NCBI GenBank assembly: GCA_000708835.1
Contig: DF237509.1
Span: 1-58,111 of the forward strand
Direction: 5' to 3'
Length of the DNA: 58,111 bases
DNA from: Klebsormidium nitens
Taxonomy: Eukaryota; Plantae; Klebsormidiophyceae
Part shown: piece after piece, positions 1-11,786 of the stretch
Layout: every line of letters starts with the position of its first letter
Position numbering within the stretch: position 1 is the stretch's first letter
Program-made: the position numbers and the translations under genes
The notes under the pieces: model-generated
Database searches by the model: none
Told to the model about the DNA's origin: nothing
What the model saw: only the letters and a program-made list of their open reading frames with translations

Positions 1-2463
1 ACGGTCTCAGCTGAGCCTACTAGGCTAGAGTGTAGACCTAAAGATAGGCCGTGACTCGGAACACTCCATATACATTGTGTGAACTTGATTGATTGAATAT
101 CACTTCCAACAACGCTGTGTTTCAACACAATCTACTGCAAAGCCTCAAATTTCGCCGGCCTCGAGACTCGTGCGACAAGCCCGTAGATTTCAATTGATAC
201 AAATACTTTGCCAAATTTCTGCGCCGCAGCCTGGTAAATCGCCCGCCCGCGATTTGCACCGTAGCGGTCCCGTGATGCAAAGAACGGGCTTTGAGCAATG
301 TCACCTAGATGTACGAGTCTTTTGAAGTACGGTTGAATAATCCGATTGATCCAACGGTAGACGATCAACTCGACGCAATTGGATTTAGAACATTTAAGAT
401 AAGAATCCGATATAGTCAATGTCGGCCGGCGGCCCGGCACTTTCGATTTCTAGTGATTACGCCACTCGCTTCATTTAGTAATCCAAACCGCAAACCCAAT
501 GCATCAAAATGGTTACAAACTACTGTACAACTTATCCGAATTGAATAAGATATATTAATTATATAATATATGAATTGAATGAATAAGTCGAAGACGGCAT
601 CCAATCAATAAATCCAACACTTTATGATGACCAGAGCCGAGTCTTCCCGGCCCTTCTCTATATTCGAATAGCTTCCCTGTCACCTTTCATGACGTTGTAC
701 CCAACACTGTTGCTTGAACCACAATCAAGAGTTTTGAGTGAACATTCCAGGCTTTGTGCTAAGAATGAGCCTTTGGGCCTCAGAGTCTTAGAATTTGCTT
801 TTCTTGCGTTTGCTTTGGGTGGATTGCATGCTATGCCAAGTAGCTCGGACCTTCTATCTTCAACTCCTTCGCAAGATTGACCGGTTATTCTTATTAGTAA
901 ACCCAGCAAGGCATGCACCGCTACTCTTGCCATCATCAAGTTGGGCCATTTTCACAACTGCCACCGGCCGGCAGGATCTAACTTTGGCTCTTAAACCTCT
1001 CAAAGTCCTTGCATGCCACAACAATGGCTTTGGGCCCTTGGTGGCAAGCTTAACTTCCACTCAGGCTGTCAGATTCTTTTTAGGCCACTGCGTCATGCAT
1101 TCAACATGCTGTTTCTTTTAATGATGGTCCTCAACTTCCGATTTTGCCTACTTGGGATGCACTAACGCGGCCATGCCAGTAGCCCAAATGTTATTGCGGA
1201 TAGAAACTGCACTTCGTCGCGAAGTTTCAAAGATACCAGACCGCCAATGATAAGTTGGAGGTCCGAGCATAAGTTCAAAGGGCCGCCCGAAGTTGAGTCC
1301 TGAGCACAATCTAGCCACCTCTATGACGTGCCTGGGCGTATCGTCCATCAGTGAGATATCGAACAAAAGCCTCAGAGCCGCTGAAGTGGCAGCCGGGTGC
1401 CGCACAAATCGGCTTCTTGTGTGACGAAAGATTTAAGTTTATCCGCAGTGAAGCAAGGTGACGCCGTGTACTCAGCACCGTGGCCGCCTAGAATATGTCG
1501 ACGTGTCCGACCGTAACTTAAACTTCAGTCCGACCCTAGATCTTTGCCGTCACAAGGCCCCGGGCCAAGTCTTGAGTAGAACACTCAGCGGTCATTGTAT
1601 GGCAAGTTAAACTTAGTATGCATGCATGAACTTAGATGTTTTCTGCCATGAATCTAGTGACTCAGCAACCGTGCGTTCTCGGAATTGGGCGCAGTACATA
1701 GCGCTTCGTTTGATTGGCGATCGTCCCGCATGGCCCACCCGCCATGCTTTCTGGCCACACTCTAGCCATTGGCCCCATGCCATACCGTTATGGTGCTAAA
1801 CATTGGCCCAAGTCAAGTTTGGCATTCGGATGCATATATAATATGGGTGATGATCTAGCAAGTCTGCCGGTGAACTTCGGACTCTAGTGACACGTACTAG
1901 CCGCTGCGGCCGCGCCGGGGCCGACTCGATCATGTGTACCAATCAATTGAGCGGAGACCCCAATTCGGATCATCGTGACACTGTGAAAAAGGTGACACTG
2001 ATCAAGTAGGCTTTAAAATGTCACAGGCTGATACGATAATCAGCGTAATTCACAATAATTACGATGTACTAAAGCCTGCTTGAAAGCGGTTGGTGACTAA
2101 CTTTGTCAATCCCGCATGTAAATAGACAAACTTGATCGGTGTAAGTTAAGAAGACTCAGTCTTGGCATCCTTGCATCATCAGAGGCTTGCCATGTGTGCC
2201 TTGACGAAGCTCGAGTCCGTAACCTTCGGGAGGAAAGTATCACGCCAAGCAAGGGGGCTTCAATCGGCTTATGCATACGGGGAGTCGGAATCACGGCATT
2301 GTCGGAAACACACGGCGTGCCGTAGTGATATTGAATGAGCATCGTCATGCCGCAGTTTCCGGCTTCATCCTCTTGATCAAACATTTTTTCTTCCGAAGAA
2401 GTATTTTGAAGTGCGGGCTTAGCCGGGATGGCACCACAGAGTTCCTGCCAACCACTGTTCTTG

Positions 2464-2549
2464 TGTGGCGGCCGCATATATTCAGCCGGCCAACCCACGT
2501 GGCACGCGTGCCACGTGGGTTGGCCGGCTGAATATATGCGGCCGCCACA
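2464..2549. repeat. Perfect 86-bp palindrome (two 43-bp arms, no spacer)
   Basis: Checked base by base: positions i and j pair when i+j=5013, from 2464 to 2549, centred on CACGCGTG. The arms contain GCGGCCGC, GCCGGC and CCACGTGG. Confidence 0.97.
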
Positions 2550-2571
2550 AAAATGGAACGCGTTCCATTTT
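2550..2571. repeat. Perfect 22-bp palindrome abutting the 86-bp palindrome
   Basis: AAAATGGAACGCGTTCCATTTT, also centred on ACGCGT. Confidence 0.95.
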
Positions 2572-3467
2572 CCGAAAGCCCGTGACATGTGTTTTTGACA
2601 TGGGCGACACTATCATATTTTGACACTGTAAGCCCTCGGAAGGACGAGTTCGACATATGCACCATCGTGTGCCACCGGCAAGGGTTGAAGGCTGAATGTA
2701 CGCATGAACCTAGATATCAACCCCGTCGCGTAATATGGCAGTGCATGCATCGTGTTCAGCTACGTGGATAGTATAAGCATGTTCAATCGGTCACCGGGTA
2801 CCGCCAATTGGTGCCAGAGCTATGCCCGCGCGAACGATTTAAATTATAACCCAATTTTATGCTTGACTAGCTTGCTTTCACCACAGTGCGAGACTCAGTC
2901 AGTCATGAGATGATGCTGTTGCGATTTACTTGTCAATCATGTGCCGCAAAAGGGGCTGATCAATCTACATCGTACAAGAATATTTTCGCAAGATTCTCCA
3001 ACCTTCCTATATTCAACGCGTGTGGATGCATAAGTTATAGAACCGATACATCAAGCGATGCAACAATGCATAGGTCAAGCCGTGGCACCAACACGCAAAG
3101 AGATCGTGCTACTTAGATTTGCATTTCGATTGGATGCGAGTGCACTTGAGGTTGCATGCCATCAAGCATTTGACTTCGGGCCGTGAATGAATGTTCAGAC
3201 ACGGACCCCATTTTGATGCAAGGTCAAGGATTTGCACCTTAGTATACCTAGTCCGAAACAATCCTCACTTTTCGACCCTGCATATGGTCTAGGTTTAAGG
3301 CCAACTCAAAACAAGGTGGTCTCAAGTCTGACGGGCAAAGAAGCTGAAAACCGTTATCCTCTGATTGGTCACAAGTTGTGTACACTCTTAGGATACCTTA
3401 TCTCATTTCTAACCACCGGCTGGTGGTGGCAATCCCAATTCTTGGGAGCGTGTCGAATGCAGCTCTT

Positions 3468-6400
3468 CTAATCGGAGCTAGAACACGTGTCGTCAATAGG
3501 GGACTCCGGACAAGGTGGCAGAAGAGCAACACAGTACAGCTTGCTGCTGCTATACTTTTTCACCACCGCAGTCAAGCTGGCCGTTGCAGACTTCCGGTGT
3601 ATTGACGACATTAGGAACGAACAAGACCTGAACAACGATGTTCATGAGTTGTCAAACTCGAAATGGAGGACACCGTAGAACAAGGGCTTCGAGGACAGAT
3701 TCACACATCGGCAAAGGTCGTGAACTTGGAGAGCATCCTCACAGCGCGCGTTCGCCGGCATGCAAAAGCTGTGACCATTTCCCCTAACCCGAACGGTGAA
3801 TACTGTTCCGTGTCCTTTGCACTCTTCTCGATCCATGTGTGCATCTCATGGAGAGAGGCCCCGCATGCAGCCCAAGCAGAGATGACATTGCCGTGCTGCC
3901 GCTCACCTGAGTGCCGTTTCCGAGTACCCTGAGTGTTTGTGGAGCGCTGGCGACCATGGCGTGCGGTTGAGCGTCTTGAGGGCCGTGTGCACAGCCGCGG
4001 CGGCCAGCAGGGAGGGCGTGAAGCGCAAGAAGGCGTACTCGACCAGGCACAGCTCCACCAGGAAGAAGGCCGTCGTCTCCAGCTGCAGCACAGGAGCAGC
4101 AGCGGTCACACACAGCCTCCCCGCGGGGATGCTCCAGCCTGAGCTGACGGTTTGGAAGTCCGTTTCAGGACGGGCTGAATCACGCAAAACGTTCAATACA
4201 AGAGACTTGGCTTCGGATCCACTCCACGTCTGTTTAATAGAGAAGCAAGCCTTGGGGTTGCCAAAGGGATGTCAAATGATACAGCAGGCTCTTTTACTCA
4301 TCGAGCCCAACGAGTTGGACAAGGTCGATACATTTCCACTGATCACATCCTCAGTAGGATTGCAGACAGGATCTTGGGCAACATAACGGGGTCCAGGTTG
4401 TACCTGACCATTGGGGACATGCTACGCTGAGCGCAGACATACAAGTCCGGCCATCCCTTGCACAAGCTAGACACACAGGCACACAAGAGAGTGGGCTGCC
4501 CCTCCTCGTAGCGGCCAGCGTCGTGGGTGCCGGCCGCGCTGGCGGCTGGGCCTCACCTGCTTGTCTGCTGCGGCAGCCTTGAGGTAGCGGCACATGAACA
4601 CGTACGGGGTGGGCACTGTCAGGTTGAACTTGAGCGTGTTGAGCATCAGCTTCTCCTGCAGGACACAAAAGGACCCAATGAGCGAGGCCGCGAGAGCAGG
4701 TGGGTGCGGAGCGACAGCTTGGAGATTGGAGCAGGCGCAACGCAGACAGCGACCCAGCATGAGCCAGCTCGGACAAGGCAGAACAGGTGGCGGTCACTGA
4801 GCGGGGCGCGCTACTGACCATGGCGAGGATCTGGTCCTTGTCGTACGCATTGTCGGAGATGTAGACGAAGTCCTTGACCTCGGGCGCCCAGATCTCCTCG
4901 TACTTGGACGCGATGAGCATGGCGGTGACGCCCACGAGCTGGAGGTGCTTGCGCGTGACGGGGTGCAGCGCCAGGAAGCGGTCGATGAGGTTGGTGGTCA
5001 GGAAGAGCGTCTCGGGGGTGAGCTTGAACTTGAGGTGCACCTCCACGAGCCAGTCCACCAGGATCGCGCGCATCTTGTCGTTGATGTCCGCCTGCCGCCC
5101 CATGTACTGCGGGCTCACGCAGCTCTGCCCCTGCACACGCACCCGCACGCGTCAGCTACGGTCAGCAGGGGCAAAGGTGACAGCACAAAGGGACAGGCAA
5201 AGGCAGGAGGGCGCGCAGGGCGGAACAGTGTGCTGCGCCCAAGGTGCTGAGGGCAGAGAGGCGTACCTCTGTCCGTTTGTAAAAGGCGTAGATGTCCTCG
5301 ACGTACTGCGTGACACACAGCGGGTCCCTCTGGTCTGCGGAGTCAATGTCTGGGAGGGCCTCGTCCGCCTGCACACACAGCGCGCCTGTCAGGGCAGCCT
5401 GAGGAGACACCGGGCTCGTCAGGCAGGGACTCTAGCAGGCAGCTTGCGACGCAGGCTCAGGTTCGAGGATTTGCCAACTCTGTGTGTCAATCTGGAACAG
5501 CTTGCTTTGGTCAGGCCTGCTGCTCACATCCTCCATCTCGGCATCCGCGTTGCCGCTGACGGCCGCACTCTGCGCCAGCAGCTTGCTCGTGGTGCTCTGC
5601 TCATGAGTGCCCAGCTTCTTCTTGCGCAGCACACGCGCCTCCACCTGCTTGGCCATGCGCGCAGCAGCGGCCCCTGGATGCAGCGAGTTGCTATTGATGC
5701 TGGCCAGCGGGTCACGCTCCGACACCCCGCTGCTGCGGCCTGTCCCGCTGGGCGCACCGCCCTCTGGAGCCAGGTCATTGCGGGGCTTGGTGATGAGGTC
5801 GCGACGGCGGTGGGCGCCCCAGTTGCTTGGGAGGGGGGGAGCAGCTGCAGCAGCGGCAGGGGCATCGGAGGCAGCGGCGGCGGCCTGCACACAGACAGGG
5901 AGCATGAGGGACTCCTTGGGTGCTGAGGCTGGAGAAGGAGGAACAGCAAACAAAGCTTCCACGAAAAGATGCAGCTTCCACTTGCAGCGCTAGAGTTTGG
6001 CCTGCCACTGTGTGCTGTATTAAGGGCATGGTGTAGGGAAGGCCCAACTTACAGATTTGGCTGCTAGCCTGGTGGTTGGCTTGTCGTTGACAGCTCCCAG
6101 CCCACGTCTGCACACCCAGAAGGCACAGGGTTAGGTGCGGCGGCACACCAGCAACAGACAAGTTGGTAGGGTTAATGGTAGATGTACAAGTGCACTTTTC
6201 AGACCAACAACTCCAGAGATTGAGGATGAGAAGAGAGCGCTCACTTGTAGGCAGCTCTTTCCGCCAAGGCTCCCTGCTTCTGACTTCCTCCTCCAGCATT
6301 GCTGCAAGCCAAGGTTGAAATAATGAGGTTGCATACCTTGCTCTGACATCCTCTCTTTTTTCTTGGAGAAATCCCTGACAAATAATGTCTAGCGCGAGCA

Positions 6401-7078
6401 TGTGCAAGCATGCTACCTGACTGCATCACACATGTTCTCCGCTCCAGCCAGCTTGCCAGATATACCATCCGCATGCATGGGGTTTTCCTCTCGGAGGTGT
6501 GCTGAGCCAGATACATGCAAGCGAATGCCAAAATGCAACCTGCTGGCGCAGTCCCCAAAACCCTCAGTACCCGCTCCCCGGGCACAAGAGTGGCAGCTAC
6601 ACGGTCTCACCTGGGCATGGCCCCCACAAGGTTGCCAATGTCTCCAAGAGCCCGCCTTCCATTGTTGCCTACCGCCGCACCCAAAGGCACCCGAGTTGCC
6701 CCTGTAAAGATCAAAGACAATGTTAAAGGAGACCCTCTGAATGGGTGAATGTCAGATGACACACAAGCATTCACGCAGCCAAGCCTGGAGGCATGTAGCC
6801 AGTGAGATGCAATGGATTGTCCAAGCAGCAACCAGCAAAATGCATTGAATGGAGAACACCCACCCTTGCCCACTGCACCCTTGCCTTCAACTCTCTTGTT
6901 TTCATCGCCATAAGCTGCTGCTTGCTGCAAAACATCTCCTGCTGCGTCAGCTGACATACTACAAAGGACATAACGGCAACACCAAGTGCAGGAGACAAAC
7001 ACACCAACCACGTATGAGCATGCTTCTGGGTATCTGGTGTGCTTTCAACAAGTGGAGACTTACCCTTCCAAATGCCAT
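3468..7078 (-). CDS. CYCB1: B1-type mitotic cyclin (multi-exon)
   Basis: D-box RRALGDIGN (exon 6701-6611). Cyclin box [18 protein letters not shown]...[10 protein letters not shown] (5130-4819). Further exons 5368-5267, 4655-4557, 4082-3907, and last exon 3627-3468 ([13 protein letters not shown]...stop). Start inferred as MAFGR (7078-7064) spliced to [10 protein letters not shown] (6924-6864). Exons between 6611 and 5884 are partly uncertain. Confidence 0.93.
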
Positions 7079-7847
7079 TGCAAAACCAGGGAAAGCAATC
7101 TACTCCCTAGCGCTACGAACAGAGACCCCAGAATGGGGCTCTGTCAGTCTGCTTCTTTGATCACTCTCAGATGCAGGTGCACTCAGGGTTGGAATTAGAT
7201 GCAGCGTTGACGTCGTAAAAGCATGGATATCTGAGTCTGTCAAATCATTGCAGCGGCCTGTCCTTCGCATGTTGCTTAAGTTCCCAAGCTTCAGTATGCT
7301 TGCAGAATATGCTCCCCTCGAGATTGTTGACTATGTTGATTTGAACAGCAGGCTTGTTCTGCGTCCAACGGTATCGCTTTGGCAGGTTCGGCTACAAGAA
7401 GGCTTGGAAACCGGAGAGTTTCCCTGTCTCCTGGCTAGTTTGTTCTTTTGTATTGCAAACCCTGCGCCGACTACGTACTTCTGGTGGGCTATTGTCCACT
7501 GCTATGGTCCACAATCAGCGGCAAACTGCTCAAGACTAATCTGATCAGACAACTAGCTCAACCTAGCCTGATGTTGACGACCCTGAATTTGTGCACGAAA
7601 GACAACTTTGTTGACGGAAGCGTCAAGACTCAAGAGAGTCCACAGCCCTCAAGGCTCAAGTCTCATGCGGCCTGCCTCCATAGACGGTGTGTGTGGTTGT
7701 TGATGCAGAAGGGAGACTGTCTCTCTGATCCGAATCACACCCAGCTCGTGAGTCGTCAGGCCTTTCGAATTGTGCGGCACATAAGAGAGGGCCTTGGTGA
7801 AAGCACCTGGACCGCTGAGGCGGGCTGTCGCAACCCAGCACACTGCA

Positions 7848-7959
7848 CCGACGGTCCCAACGAGGCCTCCGCGGGCAAGCGGTAACCGACTTCAACGGCT
7901 CCATTGAATTCAATGCCGCATTGAACTGGCCGTTGCAATTAGAATCGCATCCGACGGCC
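7848..7959. promoter_or_regulatory. Candidate MSA (AACGG, 3R-MYB) element cluster upstream of CYCB1
   Basis: TCAACGGCT at 7892-7900 and GCAACGGCC on the minus strand at 7928-7936. GACGG variants at 7848-7855 and 7950-7959. An isolated TCCAACGGT at 7364-7372. Confidence 0.4.
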
Positions 7960-7964
7960 GAACG

Positions 7965-7976
7965 TGGGCCTGGGCC
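7965..7976. promoter_or_regulatory. Tandem site II-like motifs (TGGGCC x2) in the CYCB1/U1-70K divergent promoter
   Basis: TGGGCCTGGGCC; motif match only. Confidence 0.3.
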
Positions 7977-8410
7977 CTGGCTGGTTGACCCCTTACACAA
8001 GCTGCACTGCATTGGCGGCCCAACCTAGTTTGTAGGGGCCGCGTTTCTGGCCGCGGGTAGAGACTCACAAATTAATGATTCGCGCACGAGATGGATCCTC
8101 GGACCGGGACAGAGGGGGGACAAGGAACTAGGTATTCTCAGCTTGTCCGCCCTCGCCAGGCCTCGGACAGTCTCGGAGTCAGCGAACTTCGAAGAGAACT
8201 TCAAGAAGCACTCTCCAATCGAGCTGCGGCAGAGTCAAGAGCTGCAGCAGAGCCGCCTTGAGCTCCATTTTGGAGTTTGGCTCTTCCGGTAGTTCAGTTA
8301 GGACTAGTATAATCAACCGCTCTGTGCTTGAAAGAGGGCAAGGAATTTCCATCAGCATAAACGCTGATGTCAGCAGAAGGATCTGTTTTGTATGCTTTTG
8401 TTGGGGCAGC

Positions 8411-11400
8411 ATGGGGGACTACATGCGCAGGGACATGGGTGGACGCCCTAGCAGCCGGGCAAATGTCCAACAGCTGAAACTGGTATGTAGTCCTTCTGGT
8501 CATTGATGCGAGATTGTTAGTGGATGCAGGGCGGTCTTCCCCTTCTGCTCATGATGTTTGCGCAGTTGGAGACCTCTGCAGCATCTACAGCTCTGACCCT
8601 GCTCAACTCTAATGATGTCACCCATTCTTCTCATAGATCGGGCAGAGTCATCCTACGGGCCTCACTCCATCCCTGCTGCGCCTTTTCGAGCCGCGCTCTC
8701 CCGTCGATTATAAGCCGCCGGTGGAAAAGAGGAAGCTGCCCCCACTTTCAGGTCAGGAATAGTCCCGTGTTTGCAGACCGAAGATAAGTGATGCTTTGAT
8801 TACACCATTACCACTTTTCCAGGCACATGTTCTGTTCTGCGTCTCTTAAAAGCTGGTTGCTTCTTGCATTTGCGGATCAGAGGTGCAGGGCCGGAGAGTT
8901 GTTGTGTTCAGCGGACGCTTTTCAATTGGAATTGCAGGAGTTGCCCAGTTTGTGGGTCAATTTGCTGAGCCAGGGGATCCAGAGTACGAGCCGCCTGTAA
9001 CAAAAGGAGAAACAAAGGTAAGAGCATCTTCTAAATTCTATTAAGTGCGCCCCTGCGCATTCAATGCCTTTTGTGCCATCATATGCTGTCTCCATGGTGC
9101 TTGTTGCGAATTCGCTGCGCGACGATACATGCTCTGTCGAGTGCAGTTTGTTGTTCATCCCATGTAGCCCGCGCGGTGCTCCTCAGCTTGCTTGATGTGC
9201 TGCTTGGTTGACCAAGTATCTCCGCCTCCAGATTCAAAAAAAGGAGCGAATTCGCGCAGCCAAGTTGGAGGTTGGGGCTGCGAAGTTGGAGGAGGCGCTG
9301 ACACTGTGTAGGTTTTCTGTGCTCCTACCCGGTGGTTTGTATGGGAGCTCCTCTGTCTGTTGGCCACTGCGGCAGCATGCCCTGCCACTGCCTGAGCGCT
9401 GTGCTGCGGGAAGATGTTTGACGGTGATGGGGCTGCTGCTGACCGGAACTATTGTGCGTGCAGATGATCCAGCAAAAGATCCAAAGGTTGACGGGGACCC
9501 CTACAAGACACTTTTTGTGTCCAGAATTGTGAGCCCGTCGTTCCCGTCATTCAATGTTACTTTGTTTTAACATGATTGGCACTGGGCAAGAGTTTGATGT
9601 TATTTTGATGTCCTTCCTTCAAAAACTTCTTCGTCTTGTCCTTTTGTAGCTTGTGGAATGATTATGAGCTCGGTGATTACCCGTCCTGTGTGGTGTTCTT
9701 CATGCAGAGTTATGAGACTACCGAGCATCGAATCAGGCGTGAATTTGAGGCATATGGCCCTATAAAGAAGGTAAGAATCAGTAAGTACATGCTCGATGTA
9801 GTACGGCAAAGCCTTCAGGCACTTGATTGCAATCGTCAATCCTTTTGGAAAGGGCGTTGCTTTGCTGACCTGCTGTCGTCATGGTTCGTCAGGATTTCCC
9901 CTTCAACTAGACTAAGGCCGGGCCAGTGACGGGTTTTTGCTGTAGTTGGATTGCTGGTTGTGTGATTTCGCTGCTGCCACTGTTGCTCTGTGCACCGTCT
10001 CTGGGGTCACCGTCTTTGGTAAACTGGTTTTGCCCTGGGTAAGTGGTAAGGGGCAGAGTATAGGCTCGAGTACGGCGCTACAGGGCTGGGCTCTCGTGAT
10101 CTCTTGGCGCTTTGCGCGGCCAGTTGTGGGTGCCTCTGGACGGCTGCGCTGATTTGTCCAGGTGAGCACGGCGCTTGCCGTGCCCATTGCTCCGCGGTCC
10201 CCTCACCCTCGTGGTTGCCAACATGACTTCCGCGTGTCTCCTCCGGCGCACGTCCTGCCCCTGGCGCTCCGTTTGCGCCTGCTCATTGTCTGTGGCCTTC
10301 AGCCTCGCTTGCTACTGTTTCTCTGTGGATTGACACTCAGGCGCTTGCTGCAGATTCGGCTCGTCAATGAGGAAGGAACGGGGAAGCCACGTGGATATGC
10401 TTTTGTTGAGTTCCAGCACACTCGGGATATGAAGGGTGAGTTCTCCAATGTGTTTCTTGGTCTCCTCGGTTGCGCTCCCCTTGCTCTTAGCAGGAAGTCT
10501 TGTCGTTTCAATTGCTGCCATGGCGGTGCCTGGATCTCAGCAGCCACCCTCCCTCTTGGGTTGAGCAGTGGCATGCCTTGTGTGTGCAGCTGCGTACAAG
10601 CAGGCGGACGGTCGCAAGGTAGACGGCCGCCGCATAGTGGTGGACGTGGAGCGCGGCCGCACTGTGCCGGGCTGGCGCCCGCGCCGCCTGGGGGGTGGCC
10701 TCGGTTCCACCAGGATTGGGGCCGACCAGGTGAACCAGGTGAGGAGCCACGCGCAAGCACACACTTGCTGGGCAGCGCCTTGCTTGAGGTGGCCCTCCTG
10801 ATGGACTCCCCGCCCCAGCGACTGCTGCCAGAGGGGAGTAAGGGCAAGGACGCGCACTGAATATCTGCGGTACGCTGAGGGCTTGCTTGGGCCCTGTTTG
10901 TGCGTGCAGCGTCACAGCGGGCGGGACCCTGCGGGTGGAGGGGCTTCTGCCATGGAGGAGGAGGCTCCGCGTGTCAGGGACCGTGACCGTGATCGGGACA
11001 GGGAGCGCGAGCGGGAGCGGGAGCGGCCAGAGCGAACAGACAGGTAACAGCTAGCTGGGGATCAGTGAGGGTTGACAGGCTTCCTGCGTGGTGCTTCGAA
11101 ATCATGCTCGTTCCTCGCAACCTGGCAGGCCTTTCATTTATTAATTGATCAGAACTTAGTTTCGGGTGGTCGGGGCCCCCTAAAGAAGATTGACAAGCAT
11201 TGCCCTTCAAACTTGGAAAAACGCAGGCCAGGAACGTCTTTTCACTTTGATTCCGCTGTTGGAATGATCATCACCTGTATTCAAGACGATTATTGCAAAT
11301 TCTTCTCAGCTTTTCCGGGCAGGGTGGCAAAGCCCTTCTCGTTTTAGGACATAGTCACTGCTGCCACACACTTCACATCTTCTAGTGTTGTCCTTATGAT

Positions 11401-11786
11401 CTACAACCACTTTTGTCTACATACCCATATCCTGTGCAGAGAGCTGACCTAGATGTTAACTTCTACTTTTTTGACTGTGAGAACTTCTAATCTGCTTTAC
11501 CCTTTTGAACAAGTTTCTCTTGCGAGGACATTCTGATACCAGCTTGCACTGGTTATGTTGTTGCAGGGACAAAGACCGGGTGCGGGAAAGGGATCGCGAT
11601 CGAGATCGTGGAGGAGAACGGTCCGTGGAGCGAAGCGGAGAGCGGTTTCGGGACCGTGAACGACCTCGAGAGCGTGAACGTGAGAGGGGGGGCCGAGAGC
11701 GCGAGCGAGAAAGGGAGCGAGAGCGCGACACGGATGTCAAGTTTGATGATCATGGTAGGTCTCGGGATAGAGAGCGTGATAGATGA
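8411..11786 (+). CDS. SNRNP70: U1 snRNP 70 kDa protein
   Basis: Exons 8411-8482 (MGD...RANVQQLKL), 8637-8751 ([20 protein letters not shown]), 8938-9017, 9232-9307, 9464-9528 ([12 protein letters not shown]), 9708-9770, 10354-10435 (RNP1 [10 protein letters not shown]), 10590-10738 ([22 protein letters not shown]), 10909-11043 and 11567-11786 (RD/RE-rich tail). Phases are consistent. Confidence 0.95.
9946..10045 (+). other. Candidate alternative (poison-type) exon inside U1-70K intron 6
   Basis: Acceptor TTTTTGCTGTAG ends at 9945. Donor-like sites G|GTAAAC (10019), GG|GTAAGT (10039) and TG|GTAAGG (10046). Confidence 0.5.

Noticed and set aside
1-1420. Several 60-108 aa ORFs that might be a decayed gene or transposon
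   Set aside because: No recognisable motif in any frame and no coherent splice structure; cannot be supported without a database search.
2503-2565. ACGCGT as a yeast MCB cell-cycle element near a cyclin gene
   Set aside because: It lies 3' of the gene, MCB/MBF is a fungal G1/S system, and the hexamer is simply the palindrome centre.
2106-2588. 160-aa minus-strand ORF with a faint hAT C-terminal resemblance (RMPRLSLLNL; KFVYLHAGL in another frame)
   Set aside because: The diagnostic SxxxERxFS motif is absent, and the ORF runs through the palindrome, so it is probably incidental.
4874-5926. 350-aa plus-strand ORF
   Set aside because: Antisense shadow of GC-rich CYCB1 exons.
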